Program-made: the position numbers and the translations under genes
Part shown: positions 1 through 13,600 of the stretch, one piece after another
Numbering within the stretch: the first letter of the stretch is position 1
Layout of the letters: each line of letters starts with the position of its first letter
Notes under the pieces: generated by a model
What the model saw: only the letters and a program-made list of their open reading frames with translations
Databases searched by the model: none
Told to the model about the DNA's origin: nothing
Assembly (NCBI RefSeq): GCF_964355755.1
Contig: NC_092671.1
Location: forward strand, 14,818,001-14,882,000
Length of the DNA: 64,000 bases
Source of the DNA: Antedon mediterranea
Taxonomy: Eukaryota; Animalia; Echinodermata
Direction: 5' to 3'

Positions 1-3000
1 GACATTTTTAATTTAATTCATAGAATCAATGACCTTTGATCTACAAATATCAGTTTTGTTTCAAATTAAGCTAGTGTAAATGTCAAAGAGATCTATGGTG
101 TTTTCCTTACAAACCTAAATGTATGACCTGCAGTATCCCTTTCTCCCTTCCCTGAAGCTCACTCAGAATGTTGTTTACATTTTTTGTTGCTAGATATTAC
201 CAAACTATCACCAACTTTAAGATAAATGTTGTTGATACAGTATTTTAAAAGATGTTGTTTAACTATCTGTCAAATAGTGTTTAGTTTACCCACAAAGTTT
301 TAACACTTGCTTGTATACTCTCTAGTCATCATCATTACAACCAAACTGGAAATAAATGACACCTCCTCACTCTTAATTCTCATCTTATTATGCAATACTT
401 CCGTTCTAACATCACTTATCATCTGTATCATCGTTAATTATCTCCTTCCGGCTGTGAAAAATGTTGTGTTTAAAGGGAAAGTAGATTGTGAAGATGTGTT
501 AAGTAATGATTGAATGTGTGTTATGGTAGTAACTCTTAATGAGCAATAAAGGAAATAGCTTTACTGTTTTCAGAATTAGACAGTTTGGATGAAATTTCAC
601 TTTTCAAACATTCTGTTTTTTAATTAAATTTATCCAAAGTTTACTCTCCATAGGAAAACTTATTACTTAACTTTTTTAGTTGTCATTCTTCCTACTAAGC
701 CCTTAACCAGGAGATGTTCAAGGGTTTGAATGCACCCCATTTTCCCTGAAGTTCCCTTTTCAATCTAGAGACCAGAAGTAGAAGTGATCGTAAATAGGCC
801 TGGCTAAACTCATGAAGAGGACGGCCCCATCCCTACAATCCTGGTTATGGACTTACTCAAGAACACTAAATTGATTGACTACATCTTTTGTTAACATTTA
901 ATGAACATTTTGCCAAAAACTTGTTCAAGAAAATAGTGTTGTTGTTTTAACAGAAACCAGATGTTTTAATATTGAACATCTTGTCCAAGAACAATATTTG
1001 TTTGTAACTCATAAGGGAAGAACTTGTGAGATATTGATTATCACAGGTTCACTTCCCCCTGGCAGTAATTTTAAAACGTGCGTTCCATAATTAATTATTA
1101 TTTTTCCTCTTTTTTTGTTAAGTTTTATGTTTAAATATTAACCCTGAATTATGTATTCATATTCAAGATATAAATTTATATAGTAGCACTCCCAAATTGC
1201 TAATATAAGCCATTTATGTATGCTTATTATGGCCTCTTTATTTCCCTTCTGCCAATTCCCATATTGGTCATAAAAATCAAATGTTTAAAGAAGTTGCCTG
1301 ACTTTTGTATCCAGCTTCACATAGTTCTTTAATCATCATTAGTTTTTATATTGATTTTAAAATAATATATAAAATCACAGTACAAAAAGTACAAAAATCA
1401 CAGTACAAAAAGTACAATACTGTACCGGTATTGTAGTTCCATTAAAAATGATGTTTTATGTATATTTATTTTGCTTTTAATTACATTACCTCATATTATA
1501 TTTGTTTAATGAATAATTTAATATCAATAATAAAATCAATTAATTATTAAATTACCAAGTTTTCCATGAATAAAAAAAACATAAACATCTGCGTTAGCTT
1601 CTTTGCAGATGTTTAAAAATTTGGAATTATTTTGTTGACAACTTTTAGCATGTTGTGATCAACAAGTTTCACCGTTCATATTGAATTCATACGAACTGGA
1701 AATAAAAACAAACTTGAACAGTGTCTTAATGATGGCCCAGGTGTATATTTACTAATTATTTCATTAACTGTAACAGTTTACTGAAAACTGAGAACTTCAA
1801 ATTAGATTTACATTGCTTCTTTAAGACATTGCCGAGTTGATTTACAAATTGCTTTATGTACCGTGATTTATCTTTTGTATGACAATTTCATAATTCATTG
1901 TTAAACTTCATTATTACAGCTTAAAATTGAAATGCAATATTTAAATCGACAGCAACGGGTGATTAAAATCTTGATTTCAGTGGTCTTTCATTTCATAAAA
2001 AGGTAAATATAAATGATAATGAACCATGGTGATTATCAAATGTATTGCAAACTTATAATACCCACTTTAATTCATTTTTGATTTGCTTTTTAATTTTCTA
2101 TTGCGGTACCTTGTGAACACACCCCTAGGCATAAAAACAAACAAAACCCCAATTCTGTGGGTTTTACAATTGTTTTATTTTATTAGTAAGTGAGCCGTAG
2201 TCTCAAGGAGTTGATGAGAAATTGTTTCACATTTCAAGGAGCTAGTAACAATGCGTTCTAAACTCCCCATTTTCCGGATAATCGTTCTTGGCATTGTGTT
2301 ACAATCTTTTTTTTCCACCCAGGTAAAATTTAATATTAACAATTTATTTCACCTGGGTAATTTTTAACTATACTGTGTATGAGAAAGGTAGGTGTGTTCA
2401 ACAGGTCTAAACCTTAACCAACTTGAAATGTTTGCATTGTCATTTGCTTGTAGTAACATACAATTATTTCAGTATTTCCTAATATTTCCTAACTAGTCAT
2501 GATTTTGTTCTACAAAGATTTCTACTACCAATAAACTTTAAAGTGAAATGTGTGAAATACAACAGATAGAAACCAAGACTGGTAAGTTTTTAGTATGTGA
2601 TCATAATGATAATGACCCACCTGCATAATGATATTGACATGCATACTAATAAGGCCATCTGCATCCTGATTGGCCATCTGCATGTTTATATTGCACCTAT
2701 CAAGCCACCTGTATGCAGTAACGTTTAAAGGTCCAACACAGTGTTAGGCTTGATTGCACATATTTTACAGATGGATGCACAATCAACCTTTTATTTTAAA
2801 ATAGAATAAAAAGACTTATTACCTGTTTCTTTAAATTCTTTTATAACCGTTACTTTTAAACGATATTTTTTGTTACGATTCATTGAACAAATTTTACACC
2901 AATTTGCTACATTTAGTTTGATTTGAATTTAAAAGGTTTGCTCATAAAGAGTAAGAATTAATATCCTTAAAAGAGTACCCATTCCCAGAGAAAATTAAGT

Positions 3001-5279
3001 GTGTCGAGGTCAATAAAAATACTTTCTCAGACTTTTATCGTGAGGTTGAATAATTTTTTGCCTTAAAATTTATATGTAGTAATATTGAAGTTGTTCCCGC
3101 ATTTTAATATTATTTTTATTGACTAATAATGATAATGAACAGCATTTATTAAATTAAGCATGTGACATGCAGTTTCATTCACTGAATTAAATACAGAGAG
3201 AATAATTAATACTTTTTATTATCATTCTATTGGACCTTCAATAATCAAAACCAACAATCAATATGTTCTTCCGGTTCTGTCTTCAATCATCCTACTATTT
3301 TTAAACATAAAATCACCATAAAAAATAAATAAGAAATTTACAATAGTACTTTGGCACCTTTTATAGGACACATTCATACCAATACGGTATAACCTTTAAA
3401 AAATAATATTATCTTTCTAAATATTATCTTCAATTTATATTTTTCTCATATATTTCTATTATTAATTAATCAACTTGTAAAATGATTCTTGTTTTTCTTC
3501 TACAATTTACTAAGTAAACATTCCCATGTGAAATAGTGGGTTTGATCACGTTGAGAAACATTTATATAAATATAGGAGTATTTATACCAAATATGAATGG
3601 ATTCAGATCAAAATGCAAAAGTGTAGTGTGAAACTTTGGAAATGTTATTGTTATTGATGTTCTACCAACATTTACTGAATATTCTTATGTGAAATAGTGT
3701 GTGTTTTTGTCTTTTGTGGCGTGAACCACTGCTTTCATATCATAATTAAATACATTACTATTAATCTGTATATTTTTCTTATTATATTTCGTATTATTCT
3801 GCTCAAAAACAAAAACAAAAATGTATCAGTAATCTTTGTAAATTTTAGTTGTTCACATATTGTTTCAAATATTTTTTTCCTGTTTTCATGGTTTTTTTTA
3901 TATTTGTTCTATTTATAAATATATTATTATTATTATTATTATTGTAGGTAGGCAACTACTGTAGTAAAAAAAAATTAATAACTAGGTAGTTTTAGGTAGG
4001 CCTATAGTGTATGATTTTCTTTTTTGTAATTAGTTTAATCAATATACATACAAATCTGAAGAGGAAACATTTAATGCAAAACGATGGTCAAAAAGGTTAG
4101 TGTGAAACAAACCCAGGAAACTTGCTTACCAGGAATTAAATGTGGCCACTCCCAACCACATTATTTTGTAATAACTCCACATATTTGTGACAGCAGCAAT
4201 TATCTATCAAAGCTCTGCTACATGAAAACTTAAATAATTTTATGACATTTCTCTGTCTCTTTCAAATTGTGCAATCATAATTTATCGATAGTTGTCTTGT
4301 ATCTATCTTATATCAGATGTCATTAACATGTTGTCATAACATTCTTACATTTTCAATTGTTTTTATAAAGAAGTAGGTCTACATTTTAATTAGCTTTGTG
4401 TCTACTTCAACAATGAGGGAATTTACCTTCTCTTTCAAAGGAGTCAAAACTGAAACTTTCAAAGGATATTATGTTTACATTTTGAGACTGTGATAAGTCT
4501 TTCAGAATGACACTTTTTTATGGAATGTTTTAGAGACAAATGTAGTTTTTTTTTTCATGTGGCTAAATTGTCTTTTGTTGGAAAAGCTTTCCCCCTGTCC
4601 TTAATATTTCAGATAATGGTTAACTAAAATACTAGTACAACCTCCTTTCCAATTACTCTATGGGATTTTATTTATACTTTAGTGTTTTCATTGGCAATGC
4701 TGCATTGTGCTTTGTCTGATATGTAGGAAATGATTCAATAAAACTTATATTAATATATGGACAGTATTTTATTCAAAATTGTTGCATATTTCACAAAGCT
4801 CTTTCAGACTATGGAATGTCAAAAAGTATATCAAGTGAAACAGAGCTGAACCTTTCCACATTACTGTATTACACGACTTTTTGTCCAATTTGATTGATCT
4901 AGTGTGAGAAATTTTCACACAGTTAAATTTCTGTTCAAAAATTCTTTTAGTATTGGTTAAAATTATATTTACCTCTCTGTGAATGGGTGATAGATAAATA
5001 GATAATAGCTAAAATCACTAGGCGTGGTTAATTCCCATGGATTCATATGCATCAGAACAGTTGATATTTTTGTGAACCTAAACAGCATTGTATCTAAGCA
5101 GGCGCGGATTTAGGCGGGGCCTAAACCGGCTTTACCTCCCCCCCCCCCCCCCATTCACTAAAATTTTACTTTTTAAAATAAAATAATGACTATTTGTATT
5201 TTTCTGCAACCTGACGGATTGTTTTATCAATAATGAAAGTATGTACCTAGAAATCCCCTTCTGACAATTTGGTCACTAA

Positions 5280-5423
5280 AGCTCTGTCTACACTATCAAC
5301 AATATGTGATGTGCCCAAATATGGTAGTGGTATGCCAAAATATGGTAGTAATATGACATCATCATGTCATATATGGGCACATCACATTTTTTTGTCACAT
5401 AAAGTGATAGTGGCGACAGGTCT
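5280..5423. mobile_element. ~145-bp PIF/Harbinger-like MITE, copy 1
   Basis: AGCTCTGTCTACACTATCAA terminus and internal GTGATGTGCCCA / TGGGCACATCAC inverted repeat; shared with 34356, 35531 and 61846. Confidence 0.8.
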
Positions 5424-5908
5424 TTATAAAACAAAATAGAGGAAGGGATATGTTTACCTAATGATGTAAAAACAGTAAATGAAATAAGAATTTGAAGTGA
5501 ATCCCAGGTCTTTTTTAATCAATTGTAATTGTTCTCCCTGTAATTAAATAGCACTGTATTGGAAATATTCTTTAATTCCGAAAGATAGCTGCACAATGTT
5601 GTTAATTTCATGGTTCGATTACTCATTTTAAGTTACTAACTAAACTTTTGAGAGGTGTGATCTGCCTAGGAAAAGTATTAATTATCACGATCAGAAAATA
5701 ATGTTTTTTCTTAAAGGTTGTTTTTGCCAAACTAACTAGTGAGTGTGATAAACATGATTAAAAATGAGGTTCTCTCATTGGTGAATTGGCCATGTTTGGT
5801 TTTGTAGCCCTATAAATTGCACCTATTGTATTCATTGTGTGTATGTATCAGTCCTGTAAGACTTCTCAAAATACAATAGCTTACATGCTTTATCTAATCT
5901 TTAAAGAG

Positions 5909-6378
5909 CCTGGGAATTCTGACTGGAATACTTACATGCATTAATACTTAATGAGCAAAGTCAGTCTTTTTATACATTCCTTGCTATACTGGAGATCTAT
6001 AGTAGAATTACAAAACCAAATCTTCTTTTAGATTAGATACACAGGTAATAATAGATAATCTGGATATTTGCTTAAGTCACGTCAACACTGTTACCACTCC
6101 AAAACAAGATTCTTTTTTAAAAAGATAGCTAATTAACAACACTGTAAAACATCATTATCTTTGTGTTAAGAAGGGCTATTTTTGTATTTGTGTTTTAAGC
6201 TTGTTGCTTGCTTGTTTTAATCATGTTGGTGATTAAAGTAAACTTAAATGGGTCTGATAAGTACTACAGTAACTCTATGTGTCCTCAATATGGAATTAGC
6301 AATCAATAATTTTTCTGTGCTTAATTGCTGATGTTACTTTTGAATAAAGAACACTTAAGTATACCCTGGATAAGTTTG
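5909..6378 (+). repeat. ~450-bp direct repeat, copy A
   Basis: CCTGGGAATTCTGACTGGAATA...GCTTAAGTCACGTC...CACTGTTACCACTCCAAAACAAGAT...GATAAGTTT, also found at 7857-8282. Confidence 0.85.
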
Positions 6379-6532
6379 TTTACACTCCAAATTGTATGCT
6401 ATAAATGAGGTATTAATTTCCCAAATATAGTCAGAGCAATGCAAAGAGTTTATAGTAAAATGATAATAAAAACACCTTGATTGAGATGGTAGGGCCAGTT
6501 TCCTCTGCCAAGAAAAAAATTAATTGTGTGAA

Positions 6533-6607
6533 TAATTTACTGAAACAACAAATTTGACTGAAACAACAAATTTACTGAAACCACAAATTTACTGAAACAA
6601 CAAATTT
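6533..6607. repeat. Short minisatellite, about 4 copies
   Basis: Repeats of AATTTACTGAAACAACA. Confidence 0.8.
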
Positions 6608-6632
6608 CCTGGTATAAAAACATCAAAAGTAG

Positions 6633-7550
6633 AACTCCATTCATTTTTAGAGGCAATCCTGACCAAGATCACAATTCTGGGACCACTTTTTATTATTTAC
6701 TTAGGCCGTCGTCAAAACTAAAAGACGGATCTTTACCAAATTTAAACCCCAGATAGATATGTGGTCACAGACAACTCCATCAATTTTTAGAGGCAATCCT
6801 GACTAAGATCACAATTCTGGGACCACTTTTTATTATTTTATTTAGGCTGTCGTCAAAACTAAAAGACGAATCTTTACCAAATTTAAACCCCAGGTAGATG
6901 TGGTCACAGACAACTCCATCCGTTTTTAGAGGCAATCCTGACCAAGATCACAATTCTGGGATCACTTTTCATTATTTTACTTAGGCCGTTTATCAAAACT
7001 AAAAGACGAATCTTTACCAAATGTAAACCCCAGATAGATATGTGGTCCGCAGACAAATCCATTCAGTTTTGGAGGCAATCCTGACCAAGATCACAATTCT
7101 GGAACCGCTTTTCATTATTTTACTTAGGCCGTTTATCAAAACTAAAAGACGAATCTTTACCAAATTTAAAGCCCAGATAGAGGCAATCCTGACCAAGATC
7201 ACAATTCTGGAACCGCTTTTCATTATTTTACTTAGGCCGTTCATCAAAACTAAAAGACGAATCTTTACCAAATTTAAACCACAGATAGATATGTGGTCCG
7301 CAGACAAATCTATTAAGTTTTGGAGGCAATCCTGACAAAATCACAATTCTGGAACCGCTTTTCATTATTTTACTTAGGCCGTTCATCAAAACTAAAAGAC
7401 GAATCTTTACCAAATTTAAACCACAGATAGATATGTGGTCCGCAGACAAATCTATTAAGTTTTGGAGGCAATCCTGACAAAATTCCAATTCTGAACCACT
7501 TTTCATTATTTTACTATTTTTTATTATTTTGCAAAACAAGATCTTTATCA
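6633..7550. repeat. ~140-bp tandem repeat, about 6.5 copies
   Basis: GAGGCAATCCTGAC...CACAATTCTGG...CAAAACTAAAAGACG recurs about every 140 bp, with one internally deleted unit near 7180. Confidence 0.92.
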
Positions 7551-7856
7551 CAATTTTTTTATTCTTTTTCTATTTTCATTCCTGGCATAGGTTGCAACTC
7601 TCTGATTGCTCTTGTTAAATACGATTTGTTGTATAGCCTAGCTGCAATGAGAAATCATAAATAGTTCTTAAATAGTCATTCTTTTTCTAATAACAAATAT
7701 AATTACAACAAAACACGAGTGATATAAAAAGTGATATTTAAGGCTTAAATTTTTAAGTATGAAAAAAGAAATAAAAAGGATTGTTTATGCAGTCTATTAT
7801 AGGCTATAGTCTTAACTAAAATACATACAGGCCTATATACTGTACATTGTAAGGGT

Positions 7857-8282
7857 CCTGGGAATTCTGACTGGAATATGTACATGTATTCATTCTTAAT
7901 GAGTAAAGTCAGTCTTGTATACATCCCTTGCTATAATAACTGGTTCAGAAAACTAAATCTTCTTTTAGAATTAAAGTATAATAGATAATCTGGATATTTG
8001 CTTAAGTCACGTCTTAAGTTGGCAAACACTGTTACCACTCCAAAACAAGATATTTTCTTTAAGATAGCTAATTAACAACACTAGAATCATTATCTTTAGA
8101 AGGACTATTATGTACTTCAAATCGCTATCATGATCTGCTTAAAATACAATGCCTTAACATGGGTCTGAGAAGTAAGTCTATGTGTGTCCTCAACATAGAC
8201 GCAGCAATCAATACTTTTACATGTAAATGATAAATCACTTTACAGATAATGAAGTATACTTAAGTATATTCTAGATAAGTTT
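7857..8282 (+). repeat. ~430-bp direct repeat, copy B
   Basis: Diverged colinear copy of 5909-6378. Confidence 0.85.
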
Positions 8283-9872
8283 CATTACATAAACATTTAG
8301 AATTTAATTAGTACCTCTTTAATTGTCCATGTTCAACTGTTGTCTTTAAAAAAAATAATTCTGTACTTCATTAGTATCTTGTATTATGTGTGGTACTAAT
8401 TAATTCCTGTATAGGGGGCCTACGCAATTTAAAAATAATTTTATTTCATATTGTAACTACCTAGGTTTTGTTACTTTAAAAAAAAAAGGTTCAGTTTACT
8501 CATTGTCAATTTAGTGTAAGTAAAGGTCCCAAGCGGCACCACTTTGGGCAACACGATTAAAATCTCTGTTAATACAATAATATTTTAATGATTATGGGGA
8601 AAAAATGATGTACAATATTTTAATATTATGTGATACATTACCATTATATGTTATAATGTTTGAATTATTCTAGCTACCAGTCGATAAATTCCTGACATGG
8701 TGTGAGGTATTATCACAATGGCTGAGTTTAAATCCCCATTCATGGTAAGTTTAGGCCGATAGCTATCGTCTTTTTCGGCAGTAGGTCATTTACCGGTCCT
8801 CAACACTCTTAATCTGTCTCAGGTATGCCCAAGTAATCCTTCTTTGAAAACTTACAATTGTTTTACCAATGCACCTTTCTCATACCACTGTTATTTTTGT
8901 ATTATTTTGCCCTTAGTTACACTTTCTATGAATGAAATATATGTTAAAAGCACCAATTAAAAGTTTTTAATAATACAATTTTTTGTTAATGTCTGCCATC
9001 ATAGTAGAGATCTAAATTTGATTAAGCACTGATTAAATACCTGTTGTGAGGTCATAGGTTGGATAGAATTTGTTTTTTTATGGCTGTATTATAATGGTAT
9101 TGATTGTATATATAATATATATTTTGTTCCTTATCATTGATTTTATGCTTCTCTTTATGACATTTAGTTTGTGCACTTTCAGTGAACTTTTAAGTCACTG
9201 CGTGATTCATTGGAATTCATTTTTTGATGATTTATTTTAAATTTTCGTTTCTTTACAAATAATATAATGAGTGTATAATTTGCATAAATTGATACCCATG
9301 TTACAAAGTTAAATATGACAATAGAATACTCTTTTTGAATCCCAAATACCATTTTTAAAAGTAAACATGGTGTATGGTAGATGTGATATGAACAAACTCA
9401 ATCTCTCCACCTCGACACCCCTCCCCCACCCCACTTTTTTCGTCCAATATTTCCAACTAAGTTCACTTAAATATGTGTATCTACTAGTTGGTATGATATG
9501 TTGACATTAATGTTCAAATATGCCTGTCTTTCTAATTTTATATTGTTCTTTTTACATTTAAACATTGACATAACATGTTTTTATACCAAATTTTTTTGTC
9601 TGTGAACCTGGTCAAAAGTTTGTGGGAAAAAAATAAAATTTACTAATACACGGTATGTCACCCCATTGGTGTCATGATTATACCTAAACAAACTTAAACA
9701 AAGTGAAAGTGAAAAGGATCTGAAATATGTACATAAACATGTCAACTATGATTTTAAACTACAGAAACTACAATCACCATAATCCAGCAACAAGATCACA
9801 AAACAATAGTTTAATATTAAGTGAAAGTTTACTCAAAATATTTACCTTTAATTTGTTAATTATATATATTTT

Positions 9873-10125
9873 GTTGAGATCCAGCCACTGCACTTTTTTT
9901 AGTAATTTGCCTTTTGATTTATATATGTATAATCATTTGTCCAAGTATGCTCACTTGCACTGATGAAGGGCAAGTGTTGCCCCGAAAGCTCTGCTAACTT
10001 TTCTGGCTGTTTTACTTTATCGTTTTGATTTAGTTATTTGCTTTTATTTTGTATCTCCATTGAGATCCAGCCACTGATACCCACAGCATTGTCAGTTTTT
10101 CAGTAACTTGCCTTTGGATTTATAT
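9873..10125 (+). mobile_element. Penelope-like/retrozyme-like repeat with hammerhead motif, copy 1, with a partial tandem duplication of the 3' end in front
   Basis: TTGCA CTGATGA AGGGCAAGTGTTGCCCC GAAA GCTC TGC at ~9955-9994. Near-identical to copies at 33871 and 63372. Confidence 0.7.
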
Positions 10126-10483
10126 GTATAATTATATATATATTGAACTATAATAGGTTCATAAGTTTAAACAGTTATACCATTAATGTGACCTATCCCA
10201 ACTTTTTTTAACTTTATCATGTGTTAATCTATTTATTGTTTTATGGACTCATAATACTGTGAAATGACTTGGATGTGTGTCCTCCCAACTGGGGGTCTTC
10301 CTTAGTTCACACCTAATGCATGTACAGGAATTAAATAATTATTTCCTTTGTCAATTGTTGTGTGCATAAATGTATAAGCATTTACTCCTACCAGTATAAT
10401 TCTTCCACATGGGTACATTTGATATTTATTTATGGGTACATTGATATCTGTTTAATTGCAAAAGCATTTTCAATTTGTTGTAC

Positions 10484-10517
10484 CATGGACCTATAAATTA
10501 GAATGTATAGGTCCATG
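10484..10517. mobile_element. 34-bp minimal TIR element with 7-bp TSD (P/Galileo-like termini)
   Basis: GTTGTAC [CATGGACCTATA-10 nt-TATAGGTCCATG] GTTGTAC. Confidence 0.7.
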
Positions 10518-10617
10518 GTTGTACAACTTCTACTTTAAAAAAAAAAAAAAATAATAATTATTTAAGAAACTTGTAGTTGTACTATAATTAGCATGATTGA
10601 TGTATTGATTTTGGTTG

Positions 10618-10618
10618 C

Positions 10619-10656
<38 letters not shown>
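10618..10656. repeat. (ATTG)n microsatellite
   Basis: About 9 tandem ATTG units. Confidence 0.9.
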
Positions 10657-10657
<1 letters not shown>

Positions 10658-13600
10658 TCACTAATTGATGGATTGTCCTCTTTTCTACAGCAGATAAACA
10701 CCACAAGACCCACAAAAGGGTGTCATAAGAAAAGGACTTGTTGAATATATACAAAGGCGAAGCATTCAAGAAATGCAGGTATAGCCACAGTTAGGATAGA
10801 ATAACTGTGTGAAATCCAGCTCCCTCAAGCCAAATGGTATCATGCTGCATAGCCAATAGATGCTATCTTTTGTTCACAGAGACCACAGAAATTCCTTGAC
10901 ATCCCAAGTTCGTGGACACACAATAGCATTTTATGATGTCTTGGTGGTTTGTGTTTATTTTGGTGTCGTATTTTGTGATGAATAAATCGGTAAACACACT
11001 GTAAAAAAACTTGGAAAAATTTCTATGATCACACTGGGTCATTTTCTTTGTTGACCTATTGATAATACCATCCCTCCTCAAATATATGCGTGTGCCAAGT
11101 GTGAGAGGTCAAGAGTTGCTAGGAGACACCTTGCTTACCACAAGTTCTGTATATTTGAGGATAAGTTGTTTCAAATATTGATTTGTTTAAGAAGAGGGAG
11201 AGGAGTGAATACGATTGTAAGTTTCCTATTATAAATGTGTTAGTGTGTTGATTCGGTTTATTTATCCGGAAGAACTTTTAAGTCATCTTTGTTCTCCGAT
11301 ATCAGTTAAGCAAATTGGCCATACAGACATTGGACGTCAAGGAACAGGGAAACTAAATTAACCAGTGTGTGGCCCATGTAATTTAATAAATCATGTTGCA
11401 TTTTTTACATTATTGTACTGTACATACAATAACATTATTTATTTCATAAAGAAATTTTCAGATATCTCCCTCCAAAGTTATATAATATGTTCAATATATT
11501 TTTAGATAGTTAAGATTAAATAAAATATATATTCAATATTTGTTTCTTCATGCAGGAAAAAAAAATATAAGAACTATATTAATAATAATTAGCAACTCAT
11601 AATACAGCATAATATGCTTCATTTTATTTTTTTAAATATAAAAATTCTATATTTTGCAAATTCAAATGAAAATGATTCCATGCACCAGTTTTCGGTGATG
11701 TGTGTTACCTCATCGCTGTTGACCGCGTTTTCAGCCGTGCTGAAACCGGGTTTTGGTATATCTGCACTTTATTGCTGACCTTCATCGTTCAACCCACCTG
11801 TCCAGAAAGCGCTCAGTGACCTTTTAGCCTTCATATCTTTATGATATTGTATTTTGTGAACTATATTTGGTACATACCAATTACACAAAGCTCATTGTAC
11901 ATTTGACCATGTTACCTTTGTTGCTTTTTTCTAGGGTTCCCATTTTCAAGGCTATGCTATATTTTCTGCATTTTTTCTTGTTATTGTATAATATAGGAAA
12001 TGCTTTCCAGAGTGGATTAAAGTGGAAAAGAGAAAACAAAAGAAAGTTATATTTTATGTATCGAAAACAATTATGTACAGTATAAGGCTTGTAGAATCAT
12101 ACTATTGCACTAATAATGTTATACCCACAAATAACAAAACCTGAAAATGATACTCGCCGAGTCCCTTACAATTTATCCCACCCCAATCACTCAACCAAGA
12201 CCACCTTTTAGCCAAGACAACCCTTCAGCTAAGACAACCCCTCCCCCTTTAAAAAGTAAAATATACCAAGAAACTTGTTGTTATAATAATGGCGTTTTAT
12301 AAAATAAATGGAACTTCCGTCAAGAACAGGCTCGTAACAAGAACGTATAATTAAGCTATTAAAAAAAAACGAATTAGACCCTGAAGCTACCGAGAACATC
12401 AGGTCATTCAACTTTCAAAAAGGAAGTGGTAGATTGACACTTATGGGCATGATAACGTGGTCTTGAGATGACCCATGTAGTGAGACCATCAGCAGTCCTG
12501 ACGACACAAGGTGCGTGATATTTAGAATTAGTAATAAGTAGGTCAATATTAATAAATAATATTATAAAAGCATTATAATGCGCCATATATCCAATCAATA
12601 ATTGCTCATAGGCGCAGTATATACATGACTGTATAAAACTAGTATTATTAGATCTCAGTACACTACATGCGTCCCCATTCTAGTCCTCTTCGAAGTTCGA
12701 GCTTTTAAAAATAAGGATTTTTTTATTTTACATTGTTTTGCAGGGAAGCAAATGGGCCTTTTTTCTCGAGTGATTGAGATTACACAATATGGACATATAC
12801 TATACCATTACCACTTAACAACCGACACATACGGTGTGTACTTTCTTCATTCTAGACCAACCGTACAACCATGCGTTATTGCAATAAACATTGAATTAGG
12901 CTAAACATCATCTTGCGGATGTTATGCTGTAATGTTTCTGGTTTTTGCCAAGGACGCGGCATATAAAAGTACAGATATTGAAAACCACATATTATTAAAT
13001 ACAATGTATGCCACGCGTTGGAATCGATACCGGTACGCGCTACCGGTACACCGATTTTTTTTTTTGCATAAAAAATGGAATCATTTATAAATCCGTTATG
13101 AAACAGCGAATAATGCACTCAAGTTAAGTTGTTGCTCGATAATAGGATTATTGATAATAGCTTTGAACCTAGGCTTATTTATTGTTCATTATTGACCTTG
13201 TGGAATTCGATTACATTGCTGGGGACCAGTGTACTGGGTGATATCGGACCCGTGGAAGTTGGGGTGGGGATAGTAGACCAATGGACTGGGCGATTGCTGA
13301 CTCCATACATAGTTTCGTTTCATTTTTTTCAATATAACGTCAATAATAACGAATTGTTTAATAATAATACAACACGTAATAAAATATCTATGAATGTACA
13401 CAATACTATTTTCTCAATGTTTTTTTCAGCAAGCTGACCTCACCACCAATTTCATTCCCCTTCAATAGACCTACCCAAGTTCACTCACTACTCTTCCCCT
13501 TGTTGGCCTCGTACCTATTTCCCCAGTCATTCTTTATATTATTTGCAAATCGTTACCTTGTTTGACCATTAATAGATTATTAGTTCGGTTTCACTTCACC

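Noticed and set aside
7014-7551. ORFs of 97-107 aa on both strands
   Set aside because: Translations of the 140-bp tandem repeat; the unit length is not a multiple of three and there are no domain features.
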